DNA of 64,000 bases from Hemiscyllium ocellatum (lineage: Eukaryota), in the NCBI RefSeq assembly GCF_020745735.1, contig NC_083423.1:38378001-38442000 (forward strand). The letters run 5' to 3'. Below the pieces are notes generated by a model that ran no database searches, was not told where the DNA came from, and saw only the letters and a program-made list of their open reading frames with translations. A program made the position numbers and the translations under genes. This document shows positions 12,901-46,755 of this stretch, in pieces. Every line of letters starts with the position of its first letter. Within the stretch, counting starts at the first letter, position 1.

Positions 12901-15900
12901 TCATGACCAATCTGGAAAACGTCCACACATCTACCAGTGAGATCAAATAAAGTTAATTACAGTACATTCCTTGCCCAGACATCAAGGTCAAGCATCGACA
13001 TTACCAGCACTTGTTCAAGAAAAATGATGTTGCAATATGTGACCTCCAAGATTAAAAACGAGCAGCTTTCATCGTCTGGCAGAACAACCAAAAGTTGCAA
13101 ATATGGCAGCATTCTAACAGCTCAAAGACAAATCTGGAAGTCAAAGGAGAAGAGAAATCTTGAGATATCCAACACTATAGGATATCATGATATATAGGTT
13201 TTTTTAAGCCATCTACAGACGAAGGGCAATTTGACAAAATCCCAATTACTCACAAGATGGTTTTCCTCTTCTTAAGGATTACAATACCATCCGCTGATGC
13301 TTAGAAAAATAGTTTCAACAACTGTGAATCCACAATAGCACCAGACACTCCACACTAACTTTCAGTATCCAGTGGTGGAAAGCATAGGTGAATCATCATT
13401 GATTGGGGAGTTGCAATAAGTAATCAAATTGATGAAAAACAATAAACTTGTGACCCTAATGTATTCCATTTTTGGTTTTCAAAGCTGGCAGACTTCTCCT
13501 CACGTCCAGCACTTATATACTCATTCTACAGAATGGTCTCCCTCTTCCCTCCCACCCTCAACTTCAGATATGCAGTAACAACAATCATTTATATGAAAGA
13601 AAATAAATCAAGATGTGAGAACTATTGAGGTATTTCCTTTCGTCCATAGAAGGGAAAATTCTGATATGCATATTCCCGAATCCCTACTTCCTATGGCTGA
13701 GACAATCCTCCCAGAGATAGCGTGTGGCTTTAAACATTCCAGAAGCTCCAACATGGACTTCTCTGGCAACAAAATCCAACAACAATGTCAAAAACAAGAT
13801 CAGGATGACTTCATTGCATTCAACAACTTGGCCAAAGCATTTGATCCACCAAACCACTGTGGATTGTGTTCCAAAGATTTGGATCTTCAAAAATAACTTC
13901 AGTCATGCAACTCCTCCGTGATGAAATGACTACAATTGTCCTGAGAGAAAACTGAAACAGATTCCATCAAAATTTGGATTGGGGTCAAATAAGGTTGTGT
14001 CATAGCCCCCACAGTCTAGCTAACAGAGACCATTCACCTCAAAAATCACTCGCGATGCCAATAGTCAATATTGTCTAGATGAAGAACTCTTCAGCATCAG
14101 TTGCTTCTATGTCAAAATTGACCACCATAGATATATATGGTATAAAATTTTGCAGGTAATTGACGTTATTGTGCACTGTACACCAGATGTGAATGCCACT
14201 CTCAATCTCAATTCCGCATTAAGTAACTTTGCCTGTCCTTGAATGTTGCCTAATCAAGACACATAAATCATCCTCACCTGCTCAGTCAAATGTTCCACCA
14301 CCCATATAATTTTAAGGAGAGGCTCTGGAATATTCCGACTATAGCCCACACCTAAGCAGCCATCTCTCTAAAAAGGTCACCATTAACAAGGAGATCCAAA
14401 TGCATATCACCTTTGCCAGTTCAGCTCTGCACACTGTCAAACATATATTGCCATTGTTTGTAAAAAGTAGTTGTCATTTACAGACTGCTAAATTTTAGTA
14501 AGGCTCTTCCTCATCGTCTAGATTCAAATGGAAAATCATGTGAACACGTCAGTGTCTCTCTAGAGGCCAGCTCCTCAAGTCTTCAGGCAGAACACCTCAG
14601 AAATCCAACTTCAAAACACTAAATGGTGTTTCAATGGCTGAGAACTGATGCCCACACCAAGTGCTGTTTTGTCAACTCCCAAATGGTTAATTTTCCAAAG
14701 AATAACAAAGAAAATGCTCAAAGATACCCTGAAACTCTCTTTTAAGTGTGCTAAAGGAAGATGGTCTTATACCTCCAGGCCAGTAGCATTGGATTCAAAT
14801 CCCAGCTCAGGTCCTGATGGCCACGGACCATGTACGATAATGCAGCCAAATGAGTTGATTATCCATCTATTAATCCTTCACTATGTCTGTGGTTGACAGT
14901 AAGAGCAAGGGTGGTCAACCATAACTGTTTGGTAGTTGCAGTGCGAAGGTCCGTTGCATCATAAGACTCCATGTGCATAGTCATAGAACCATAGAGCTGT
15001 ACAGCATGGAAACCGATCCTTCAGTCCAACTCATTCAGATATCTTAAACTAATCTACGCCCATTTGCCAGCATTTCGCCCATATCCCTCTAAAACCTTCA
15101 TATTCATACACCCGTTTCAATGCCTTTTAAATGTTGTAATTGTACCAGCCTCTTGCAGTTCATTCCATACATGCACCACCTGCTGTGTGAAAAAAATGCC
15201 CCTTAGGTTCATTTTAAATCTTTCTCATCTCACCTTAAACACATGGCCTCTAGTTTTGGACTCTGCTACCCTGGGGAAAAGACTTTGGCTGTTCGCCTTA
15301 TCTATGCCCTTCATGATTTTATAAACTTCTATAAAGGTCACCCCTCAGCCTCTGATACTCTAGGGAAAATAGCCCCAGCTTACTCAGCCTCTTCCTATAG
15401 CTCAAACCCTCCAATCGTGGCAACATCCTCAGAAGTCTTTTCTGAACCCTTTCAAGTTTCACAACATCTTTCCTATAGGATGGAGGCTAGAATTGCATGT
15501 AATATTCCAAAAGTGGCCGAACCAATGTCCTGTACAGCTGCAACAACAGCTCCCAACTCCTATATTCAATGCACTGACCAATAAAGGCAAGACTACCAAA
15601 CACCGTCTTCACTATCCTATCTACCTTCAATTCCATTCTCAAGGAGCTATGAATCTGCACTCCAAGGCCTCTTGGCTAATCTTAGTCGTACAAGAGCTGT
15701 CCCAGTTCAATGTGCACATTTGTGTAAAATTATCATGTAATTATAAATGTAATATTCTATTGCATTTTTAGGACTAAAGTATTTACCTTATTTTAATTGA
15801 GACTGAAAAATTAGGATATTCTACTTGATTCCTGACCTGACGCACCATGTCCTGAACCAATTCTGGTTTATTTATTAGGCAAGCACCATATCCTTCTGCC

Positions 15901-18900
15901 ATTGCCCACCTGTAAGAAAATTTAAATGCATTTTACACATACTGCAATACCAATGATATACAAAATGGCTGAAAAGTTGATAGATGTGTCTCAGAAATTG
16001 TCTCTCTCTCAAATACAACAGTACATGGAATAGAATGAGGGAAAATTTGAGGTTATTCACTTTAGCTGGAAAAATACAAGAGTTGAATACTTATTAAATG
16101 GGAAAAGACTATAGAAAGTTGCCACCAGAGAGATTTATGGGTCCCAATGCACTAGCAATGGTCTACTGCTATTATCATTAGACCATTTACCTAGAGACCA
16201 GATATTGTTCTGGGGATCTAAGTCTAAATCCTGCCATGGTAGATGGTGCAATTTGAATTCATTGTAAATCTAGAATCAAGAGCCTTATGATAACCATGAA
16301 ACTACTGTTGATTTTCAGAAATCTCCAACTGGTTCACTGATATCACTTAGGGAATAAAGCGGTCATCCTTACCTGGTCTAGCTTACTAGTGACTCTAGAT
16401 GCATAGCAACGTGTTGACATTTAACTGTCCACTTGACAATTAATTCCTGAAGGGCTTTTGCCTGAAACGTTCCTGATGAAGGGCTTTTCCTGCTCCTTGG
16501 ATGCTGCCTGACCTGCTGTGCTTTTCCAGTACAACTCTAATCTTGACACTAGACAATTAATGCTGACCTACAACCACTGCTGCTCACATCCCGTGAATTA
16601 ATTAAAAAAAAACTCAACATCCAGGTTCAGCAGGTAATATAGAAAGCAAATGGAATGTTGGCCTTTACTTCAAAGGTAATGAAATATAAAAATAATCTTG
16701 CTAAAACTATACCAGACACTGGTCAGATCACAGCTGGAATGTTGTGAACAAGATCTGGTCCCCTTACCCTAAGAAAAGATACACTAACATTGAAGGCGAT
16801 TGAGAGAAGGCTTACTAGATGGATCCCAGGTATAGAGGGATTTTCTTAGGAGTGGTTGAATGGATGAACTTGTATGAATTAGGGTTTAGGAGAATGAGAG
16901 GAGACATAACTGAAACATAAGATTCTTAAGGGGCTTTGCAGGGTGGATGCAAAGAGGTTGTTTCCTCCTGTTGGAAAATCTTGGACCCCAGGGCAAAATC
17001 TCAGAGTACAAAGTCACCATTTAAAATAGAGTCAAAGAGAATTCTTTTCCTCCCAGAGGGGAAGAATCTGGAATTCTTTACTATCACTACCACTTAAGTA
17101 TATTCAAGGTTGAAATATGCAGTTTTTAATTAATAAGGGGATCAACAGCTATGGAGAAAAGGGAGGAAAGTAAAGTCGTGGGTTATCATATCAGCCATTA
17201 TTTTACTGAATAACAGAGTGGACGCTGTGAGCTGAATGGCCTACTTCTGCTCCTACATACTATAGACATACATTTAAGCAATGTAGTAGATTTCACCAGT
17301 TTGTAATTTACAGAACTGAAATAACATTTAAATACAATAGAAGGCAAAGTGAAAAGGCAATGCAAAACTAAAACAGCAGTACCAATTCTTTTAAGGGTTC
17401 TGAAGAACAGTCATATTATTTTCGAAATGTTGAGTTTGTTTCTCTCTCTCTCTCCAGCACTTTCTGTTTTTATTTATCATAAAAGTAAGGATGTCATGTT
17501 GAAGTTATACAGGACATTGATGAGATACCTTGTGCAGTGTTGGTCTCCTAATTTAAGCATCTAAATGCTTTGGTGATGTTCAGTGGAGGTTTACTAGATT
17601 GATATCTAGAATAAAGATGTTGCTTTTTGAGGAAAGATTAGATCGCTGGGTTTATTTTCACCGAGGTTTAGAAGAGCAAGGGATGATAGGACTGAAGTTT
17701 ATAAAACTTCGATCAGTGTTGAGAAATTGGATGTGGAAAGGATGTTTACTCTCATCCATGAATCAAGAGTAAGTGGTCACTGTTTTGAAATGCATGGTTG
17801 GTCTTTTAAGGCAAAAGCGAAGGGAGTTTTTTTTCCCCTCTAAGGGTTACACAACTTTAGAACTCTCTGCCTTAGAAGGTATTAGAGGCAATGTCAATAG
17901 GTTTAAGGCAGAGTTAGACACGATTCTTGTCAGGTAATGGATATCGAAGCTAATTGGGAATGTGGAATTCAGAACAGAATTGAATGGCTTGCTTACATTC
18001 TTAATTCATATATGTGTGTTTGGTTTAAAACAAATATGCTGTAGAATATTGGCTTTTTCAATTCGAAGACAAGACAATGATGAATAATGAAGTTATGACT
18101 CAGCTGTGAAAAGCTCTGGTTAGAATACTGAGAAGATCTGGGCACTACATCAGGGAAGGATGTCTTGACTTTGTAGAGAAAGCAGTACTTGGTCTCTAAG
18201 GGTTATATTATAGTGATTAATCAGAGTGTCAGGTTATAGGGCAACAGGTTTATTTGAAATACAAGCTTTTGGAATGCTGCTATTTTATCAGGTTGTTAAT
18301 GGGGCAAGATCATAGGTCACAGAATTTATAGTAAAAGATCAAAGTGTCATACCTACTAATGTGATGAATAGAACAAACCTAGATTGCTGTTAATCTTCAA
18401 TCATTTAGAATGGGTTGCAGGTTTTGATCCATTAATATGTAAATCCCAGAACTTCTTTCAAGTCACATTCCCGAGATAACTTCAGGTTTTATTTTAAAAA
18501 AAAGTGACATCATAGCTCAGACAATGCATTAAGGGTGTGAGGTTAGAGTCTGTCGGTGTTCCAACTTTGAGTTAGTCTGCTTCTGTTTCCAAAGTAGGAA
18601 ATGTCACATGGACTGACTGCCTAGAGATTTGTGCTTTGTAAACATAATAGAATGTATCTGCAAATGCAAATTCACCCCACAGACTTACATATGTGTCAGT
18701 ACATGCGTGTGAGGGAGAGTGCGCAAGAGTCTGTGTGTGCACGCGCTTGATAGAGTGTGTGCGCAAGTGTGGCAGAATATATGCTTGTAAGAGGGTATGC
18801 GAGTGAGTGTGACAGTGTGTGTGTGTGTCTGGGAGACCGCCTGTGTAGGAGAGAGGGCCTGTGTGAGTGTGTAAGAGAGTGTGTGTGTATATGAGAGAGA

Positions 18901-21632
18901 GAGAGAGAGAGAGAAAGAGAAAGAAAGAAAGAAAGAAAGAGAGAAAGAAAGAGAGAAAGAAAGAGAAAGAGAGAATAGTGTCGTGTATGACACTTTGATA
19001 TTTTACTATAAATTCTGTGTCCCATGATCCTGCCTCACTAGCTACCTGACAAGGAAGCAGCGCTCTGAAATCATGTACTTCCAAATAAACCTGTTGGACT
19101 CTAACCTGGTGTTGTGAGATTTTTAACTTTGTCTACCCCAGTCCAACACCAGCATCTCCATATCATTTTACAGTGAAACATTGAAGTTAGGGTGCGTTCT
19201 CTGAAATTTAGAAGGTTAAAGGGTGATTTGATCAAAATTTCAAGATATAAAGGAAAGCAAATAAGATGGGAAGAAAAAAAGAAGGATTTCTGCTGGTTGG
19301 GAAATCTAGCACTGTGTTAACTGTCTAAAAATTATGGCCAAATCTTTTAATAGAGAAATTCGGAAAGACCTCTGAAAACAAGTAGTAGTAAAAGTTTTAA
19401 CTCTTTTCCAGAAGTAGCAGGAGATGCTCAATTAAATTGGAAATTGATGTAATCTTGTTCCTCAATGGTTTAAGGGACATACGGAAAAGTTGGGTAAATG
19501 GAGGCTGGTCATAGATCAGTCATTATCTTACTGAATAGAGGAACAATGTCAGCTGTGGCTCAGTTGCTAGCACTGCATTAAAGTTCTGTTCAAGTCCCAC
19601 TTAGGGATTTAAGCACAAAAATCAAGTTTGACACTCCAGTGCAGTAGAGTAAGCACTACACTGTTGCAGATGCTGTCTTTTGGAGGAGGTATCAAACAAA
19701 GACAGTATCTACACACTCAGATGGGCACAAAAAATCTTATGCCAGTATTGTGAAGAGCAGAGTAGTTATTCCCAGGTTACTCAACAATATTTATATCTCA
19801 ATAAATATCACATAAACAAATTTTGGACTCATTGTAGTATACTGTTTGTGGTAGTTTGCTGAGCAACAGTGACTATATTCCAAAAGTATTTAATGGGCTG
19901 TAAAGCACCAAGGTGCTGGTCATAAAAAGCATCAAATAAATGCAAAAAGTCCTTCTATATTTCAAATAGACCTAAGCTGAATGGTTAACTTCTGTTACTA
20001 CAATTAGTAAACAACATAACTTGCAGCATTTACAGAAGCAGAATCGCTATTCTTAAGTTTATCTTACCTTTGTGGACAACCACAATTCAAGTCAACACCA
20101 TCTGCAAATGGAGAAACTATACAGGCAGCATCAGCTAGATCCTGTGATCGATTGGCAGCAAACTGCACAACCAGAGGACGGTCAACTGTCAAAACAAAGT
20201 GTGTGACATGCCATTAGAGAGTTTTCTTTAAACTATTTTTGTTGTGTTTAAGTTGTTTCTATCTCCTTTGATTTGGCAGCTGAACTAGCAATCTTCAGTA
20301 CTAAGAATGTAGTTAAATTGTGTTCCAAACACTGATAAACACTGAGGACTCTCATCTGCTGACTATTTGGAGATATAATTTGATTCAATCTGTTGCACCA
20401 TGTTGGATTATCAACATTCATAGAGGAACTCCTCTAATAGAACAAGTCTCCACATTAAAGGGGTATGGATTTGAGATGGCACAAGTGAGCAGGGATGGCA
20501 TGTTAATTGAGTGATAAATATCAGCCAGCATACTAGATGAACGGCCTTGCTCTTCCGTAGATAGTGACACTAAATTCAGCCACTGTCTCACTATCTCATC
20601 GAAGAGATGGCATCTCCGACAACATGGTGTTCTAAAGCAATAAATTATAAACTGAACACCCCAAATAGAGCTGATATTTGCATTATAAGTGCTGCAGATT
20701 GATTGCAGCATGTTAGAAAATGTAGTTAATGGTGTGTGAATTGAAACTTCAGTAAACATCTGCAGCTATAGTTCAAGTCCTATTTTCATGCACAATGTGA
20801 AATCAAACTTAAATAGAGCAGAGAACTGTGGGTACTGGAAATCTGAAACAAAACAGAATTCACTAGAGAAACTCAACAGGTCTGGCAGCGTCTGTGAAGG
20901 CAAAGTTGAATTAATAGTTCGAGTCCAGTGACCCTTCTTAAGCTCTCAGCGGGTTCTGAAAGGTCACTGGACAGGAAATGTTCTGCTTTGTCTTCACAGA
21001 TTCTGCCAGATCTGCTGAGTATCACAAATTGTTTTGATACAATTAAACTAAGTGCATAATGTTAATGAGAAAAAATAACTTTAAACCCTGTAAATATATC
21101 TGACTCCTTTATAAATAATTTTAAGATACATACTACATTATATTGAGTCGTGAAAATCAAATAACTTGCCCCTTTGATCAAAAGGCAGATTCAGCAAACT
21201 AGAACTGGAGAGAAAACCCTATTTTTGAAAAGCCAGAATAATGATTAGCTTGTTATAACATTGACCATACGTAATACAGTTGCAATCCAAAGATATACAT
21301 TACCACAACTTGTTGTGAATTCACTATCTCTAGCCTTGCCAGATCTCAGGAAGGCAGACGCAACAATCATTGGGGTAAAACACAGTTCACAGTCATACTT
21401 TCTGACAAGTGATCGAAATGCCAACCTAAACAATAATGGCAGAAACATCCTTGAGTTGTTTAAGCAAACAAAGATTTGTAACGAATGATGAAACACTGTT
21501 GCCGAAAGACAGAAGTACTACTCACTTTGAATATCGCACCATAGGTGCACAAATCTTCACAACGTGACCGGGCTGGAACAAATCGACCAGGCATCTTCGT
21601 TGCCAGGATCCAGGAGACACGTAAAAACTCAT
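9734..21632 (-). CDS. DUS4L: tRNA-dihydrouridine(20a/20b) synthase-like DUS4L, spliced: join(21632-21526, 21425-21304, 20185-20068, 15909-15787, 12644-12418, 9981-9734); 314 aa
   Basis: Manual splicing at GT-AG sites with consistent phases gives 107+122+118+123+227+248=945 nt. The protein has DUS motifs CAPMVRYSK, PLVVQFAA, DLNCGCP (catalytic Cys), ITVHGRT, VVANGDI and GVMAARGLLANP, matching recalled human DUS4L. Confidence 0.95.
12418..12644 (-). CDS. DUS4L: DUS4L coding exon 5 (IHKDLARTVDLCRKVEATGISWITVHGRT...VVANGDI...TGID)
   Basis: ttgcag| acceptor and G|gtaagg donor; 227 nt. Confidence 0.95.
12840..14760 (+). mobile_element. Highly degenerate RTE-clade LINE
   Basis: Remnants ILPE..CGF, KAFD and GVK*GCVIAP (13981-14010). 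Confidence 0.6.
14982..15670 (-). mobile_element. CR1 LINE 3' end
   Basis: Reverse complement of the 51000-51550 tail region. Confidence 0.85.
15787..15909 (-). CDS. DUS4L: DUS4L coding exon 4 (WAMAEGYGACLINKPELVQDMVRQVRNQVEYPNFSVSIKIR)
   Basis: ttttcttacag| acceptor and AG|gtaaat donor; 123 nt. Confidence 0.95.
16020..17270 (+). mobile_element. Degenerate CR1 3' region with nested SINE-like and family A insertions (16160-16600)
   Basis: CR1-type text (gcaaatggaatgttggccttt, gaatggcctacttctgctcc) split by other repeats. Confidence 0.7.
18218..19165. mobile_element. Penelope-derived element (family B) with inverted ~125-bp terminal arms and an internal microsatellite
   Basis: 18228-18352 is the diverged reverse complement of ~18984-19110; each arm has a degenerate hammerhead. 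It interrupts a CR1 3' fragment. Confidence 0.7.
18700..18975. repeat. Compound (GT)n/(GA)n/(GAAA)n microsatellite
   Basis: Directly visible. Confidence 0.95.
19548..19955 (+). mobile_element. Deu-domain SINE (SacSINE1/AmnSINE1-like)
   Basis: tRNA-like head tggctcagttg...gttcaagtccc, tgacactccagtgcagta, gaagagcag, cagtgacta...caaaagta...ggctgtaaagc. Family assignment is from recollection; a degenerate relative lies at 55290-55635. Confidence 0.55.
20068..20185 (-). CDS. DUS4L: DUS4L coding exon 3 (DRPLVVQFAANRSQDLADAACIVSPFADGVDLNCGCPQR)
   Basis: gacag| acceptor and AG|gtaaga donor; 118 nt; catalytic NCGCP motif. Confidence 0.95.
20825..21035. mobile_element. Family C short repeat arranged as an inverted pair (hairpin)
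   Basis: actcaacaggtctggcagcgtctgtgaag... and its reverse complement ...cttcacagattctgccagatctgctgagt. Relatives at 5665-5780, 12170-12245, 17395-17470, 32005-32090 and 56230-56510. Confidence 0.7.
21304..21425 (-). CDS. DUS4L: DUS4L coding exon 2 (LAFRSLVRKYDCELCFTPMIVA...ARDSEFTTSC)
   Basis: tttag| acceptor and G|gtaatg donor; 122 nt; follows a 100-nt intron. Confidence 0.95.
21526..21632 (-). CDS. DUS4L: DUS4L coding exon 1 (MSFYVSPGSWQRRCLVDLFQPGHVVKICAPMVRYSK)
   Basis: ATG at 21632 with an in-frame TAG two codons upstream; ends TCA AA|gtgagt donor; CAPMVRYSK motif. Confidence 0.85.
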
Positions 21633-22133
21633 CTGCTACGTTCATGGAAATTATTCACAACCGAATGGGCTGTGACTGGCTTAAAGGACTTGAGCGACGG
21701 GGAATTAAACCATCAACTGCTTATGAGTGGAATCTACGTTTGGAGGCCTAGATCCACAGATGCAGTTCTCACCTCTTACATCTGACCTCTGACCCTCACT
21801 GCATTCACAGGAACGCGCCGGCGGCTCTCTCCAAGCCTGGAGCCTCAGTCACAGCTGATTGGCTGTGGATTCTCCCAGAAATCCCTGTGAATGGCTCGAG
21901 CCCACTTGAACCGCGATGGTTGGCTGTCGGTGCAGCGAACCCGTGAGTGATTGGCTACCGCTGTCGCAGGCGCACCAATGATTGGCGACTGGTGCTGCAA
22001 ACCCACCGGTGATTGGTTGCCGATCGTTTCCACCCCTTCCCCTTCCACAGGGGAAATGAAAAACAACGGTTAACCCTTTGCTCGCGGCAGGTTAGTTGGC
22101 CGTTTGCGCGTGCGTGTGTCAGGCTCTGCCAAC

Positions 22134-44454
<22,321 letters not shown>

Positions 44455-44763
44455 TAAAAGATACCTTTTACTTGTCTAAAAAGTTAGTCATTGCTTCTAC
44501 AAACTAGTGTTTTTAGCATTGTCATGTGATCTATTTCAAAATTGAAGACTATTGTAATTGCAGTAGAGTCATCAACTCCATTTCATTAAACGCAACAATC
44601 TATGTGGATATTTGTTTAGTGAAAACTAGGCTTTTCTAGAATAGTAGATACTTGAAAAAAACAGTAATACCATTTCAAAAATCAAGTAAAACATGCTCAG
44701 AAAGCTGAAGATTTAATATGGGTCAGGGTCAAAAAGTGTGGTGCTGGAAAAGCACAGCCAATC

Positions 44764-44799
44764 ATTCCTGATGAAGGGCAAATGCTCGAAACGTAGATA
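44764..44799 (+). ncRNA. Minimal hammerhead motif in a short Penelope-derived repeat (family A)
   Basis: AUUC-CUGAUGA-A-GGGC(AAAU)GCUC-GAAA-CG-UA-GAUA; core intact, stem I reduced to 2 bp. Confidence 0.65.
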
Positions 44800-45688
44800 T
44801 TTCTGCTCCTTGGATGTTGCCTGACCAGCTGTGTTTTTCCAGCACCACATTTTTTGACTCTGATCTCCAGCATCTGCAGTCCTTACTTTCTCCTATGTAC
44901 ATTATGGGCTGAAGCAACTGCTTTTTTATAAATGTGAGGAACAAAATGATAGATAATGAACCTCTGGTTTCACATAAGCCACAGCACACAAGAAGATTTA
45001 TTTCCAAGATTAAATTTCCAAGACACCACAGTGTTTTCATTGGCACAAGGCAACAGCCATGTTAGTAACAATAGTTTTTTCCTGGTACCTGGCAGACTTT
45101 CATTAAAAACATGTTAATTTGCAAGTAATTCATCCTCTGTGATGCCAAGTTTTACTAGTTCCCAGTTAGCTATGCAATCCTTTGTCACATAGAAACTAGG
45201 AGCAGGAGTTGGTTATTTGGCCCGCTTATGCATGCTCTGCTATTCATTGTGATCCGGCTGATACTCTAATCTTAATGTCAGTTTCACACTTTATTCCCAG
45301 ACCCATAGATAACTCTTAAATCAAAAATCTGTTTCTTTTTTGAATATATCCAGTGACTTGGCCTCTGCAACCTTCTGTGATAGAGAAATCAGTGCTCTTT
45401 GTGTGAAGAAAGATTTCCTTATCTTAGTCCTAAATAGTCTATCCCTGACTAAAGAAAACATCCTGGCTGAAAATGTGTTGCTGGTTAAAGCACAGCAGGT
45501 TAGGCAGCATCCAAGGAGTAGGAAATTCGACGTTTTGGGCATAAGCCCTTCATAAAGAAAACATCCCCCTTGCATCTAGTCTGTCCAGCTTTGTTAGAAT
45601 TTTCCACGTTTCATTCTGCTCCTCTCAGGCCCAGTCAAACTAATCTTTCCTCATTGTGGTTCTGTTCGCCGAGCTGGGAATTTGTGTT

Positions 45689-45728
45689 GCAGACGTTTCG
45701 TCCTCTGTCTAGGTGACATCCTCAGTGC
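45689..45728 (-). ncRNA. Minimal type I hammerhead ribozyme motif (intact core, inverted copy)
   Basis: Reverse complement reads GCA-CUGAGGA-U-GUC(ACCUAGACAGAG)GAC-GAAA-CG-UC-UGC. Confidence 0.8.
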
Positions 45729-46717
45729 TTGGGAGCGCTTCTGTGATGTTTCCTCCGGCATTTATAGTGGTTTGTCTCTGCCGCTTCTGGTTGTCAGTTC
45801 CAGCTGATCGCTGCAGTAGTCAGTATATTGGGTCCAGGTCGATGTGTTTGTTTGTAGAATCTGTGGATGAGTGCCATGCCTCTAGGAATTCCCTGGCTGT
45901 TCTCTGTTTGGCTTGTCCTATAATAGTAGTGTTGGCCCAGTCGAACTCCTGTTGCTTATCATCCGCATGTGTGGCTACTAAGGATAGCTGGTCGTGTCGT
46001 TTCGTGGCTAGTTGGTGTTCATGGATACGGATCGTTAGCTGTCTTCCTGTTTGTCCATGGGAGAAGAGGAAGAAGAACACCTCTACAATGTATTCGCCAA
46101 AAACGGATAACTCCGCGATTTCATCAACAGATGCCTAAGGGAAAGACAGCGGAATGAGGACGTACCACAACCCAAAGGACTAGCCACGTCACCATACATC
46201 AAGAACATTTCTGAACTGACAGCCAGACTACTACGACCACTAGGACTCATAACAGCACACAAATCAACAGCCACTCTCAGACAACAACTCACCAGGACAA
46301 AGGACCCGGTACCCAGCATGAGCAAAACCAGCGTAGTGTACAAAATCCCATGCAAGGACTGCACAAAACACTACATAGGACAAACAGGAAGACAGCTAAC
46401 GATCTGTATCCATGAACACCAACTAGCCACGAAACAACACGATCAGCTATCCTTAGTAGCCACACACGCGGATGACAAGCAACATGAGTTCGACTGGGAC
46501 AGCACTACTAGTATAGGACAAGCCAAACAGAGAACAGCCAGGGAATTCCTAGAGGCATGGCACTCATCCACAGATTCTATCCACAAACACATCGACCTGG
46601 ACCCACTATACCGACCACTGCAGCGGTCAGCTGGAACTGACAACCGGAAGCGGCAGAGACAAACCACTATAAATGCCGGAGGAAACACCACAGAAGCGCT
46701 TCACAGGAGGCTCCCAA

Positions 46718-46755
46718 GCACTGAGGATGTCACCTAGACGGGACGAAACGTCTGC
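46718..46755 (+). ncRNA. Minimal type I hammerhead ribozyme motif (intact core)
   Basis: GCA-CUGAGGA-U-GUC(ACCUAGACGG)GAC-GAAA-CG-UC-UGC; stem I GCA/UGC, stem II GUC/GAC; predicted cleavage after C46752. Confidence 0.8.

Noticed and set aside
18572-19084. Three overlapping minus-strand ORFs of 102-170 aa
   Set aside because: Artefacts of stop-free microsatellite sequence.
21856-22020. Regularly spaced short repeats reminiscent of a CRISPR array
   Set aside because: The repeats are only ~9 bp, in a eukaryotic promoter with no cas genes; CCAAT boxes explain them.
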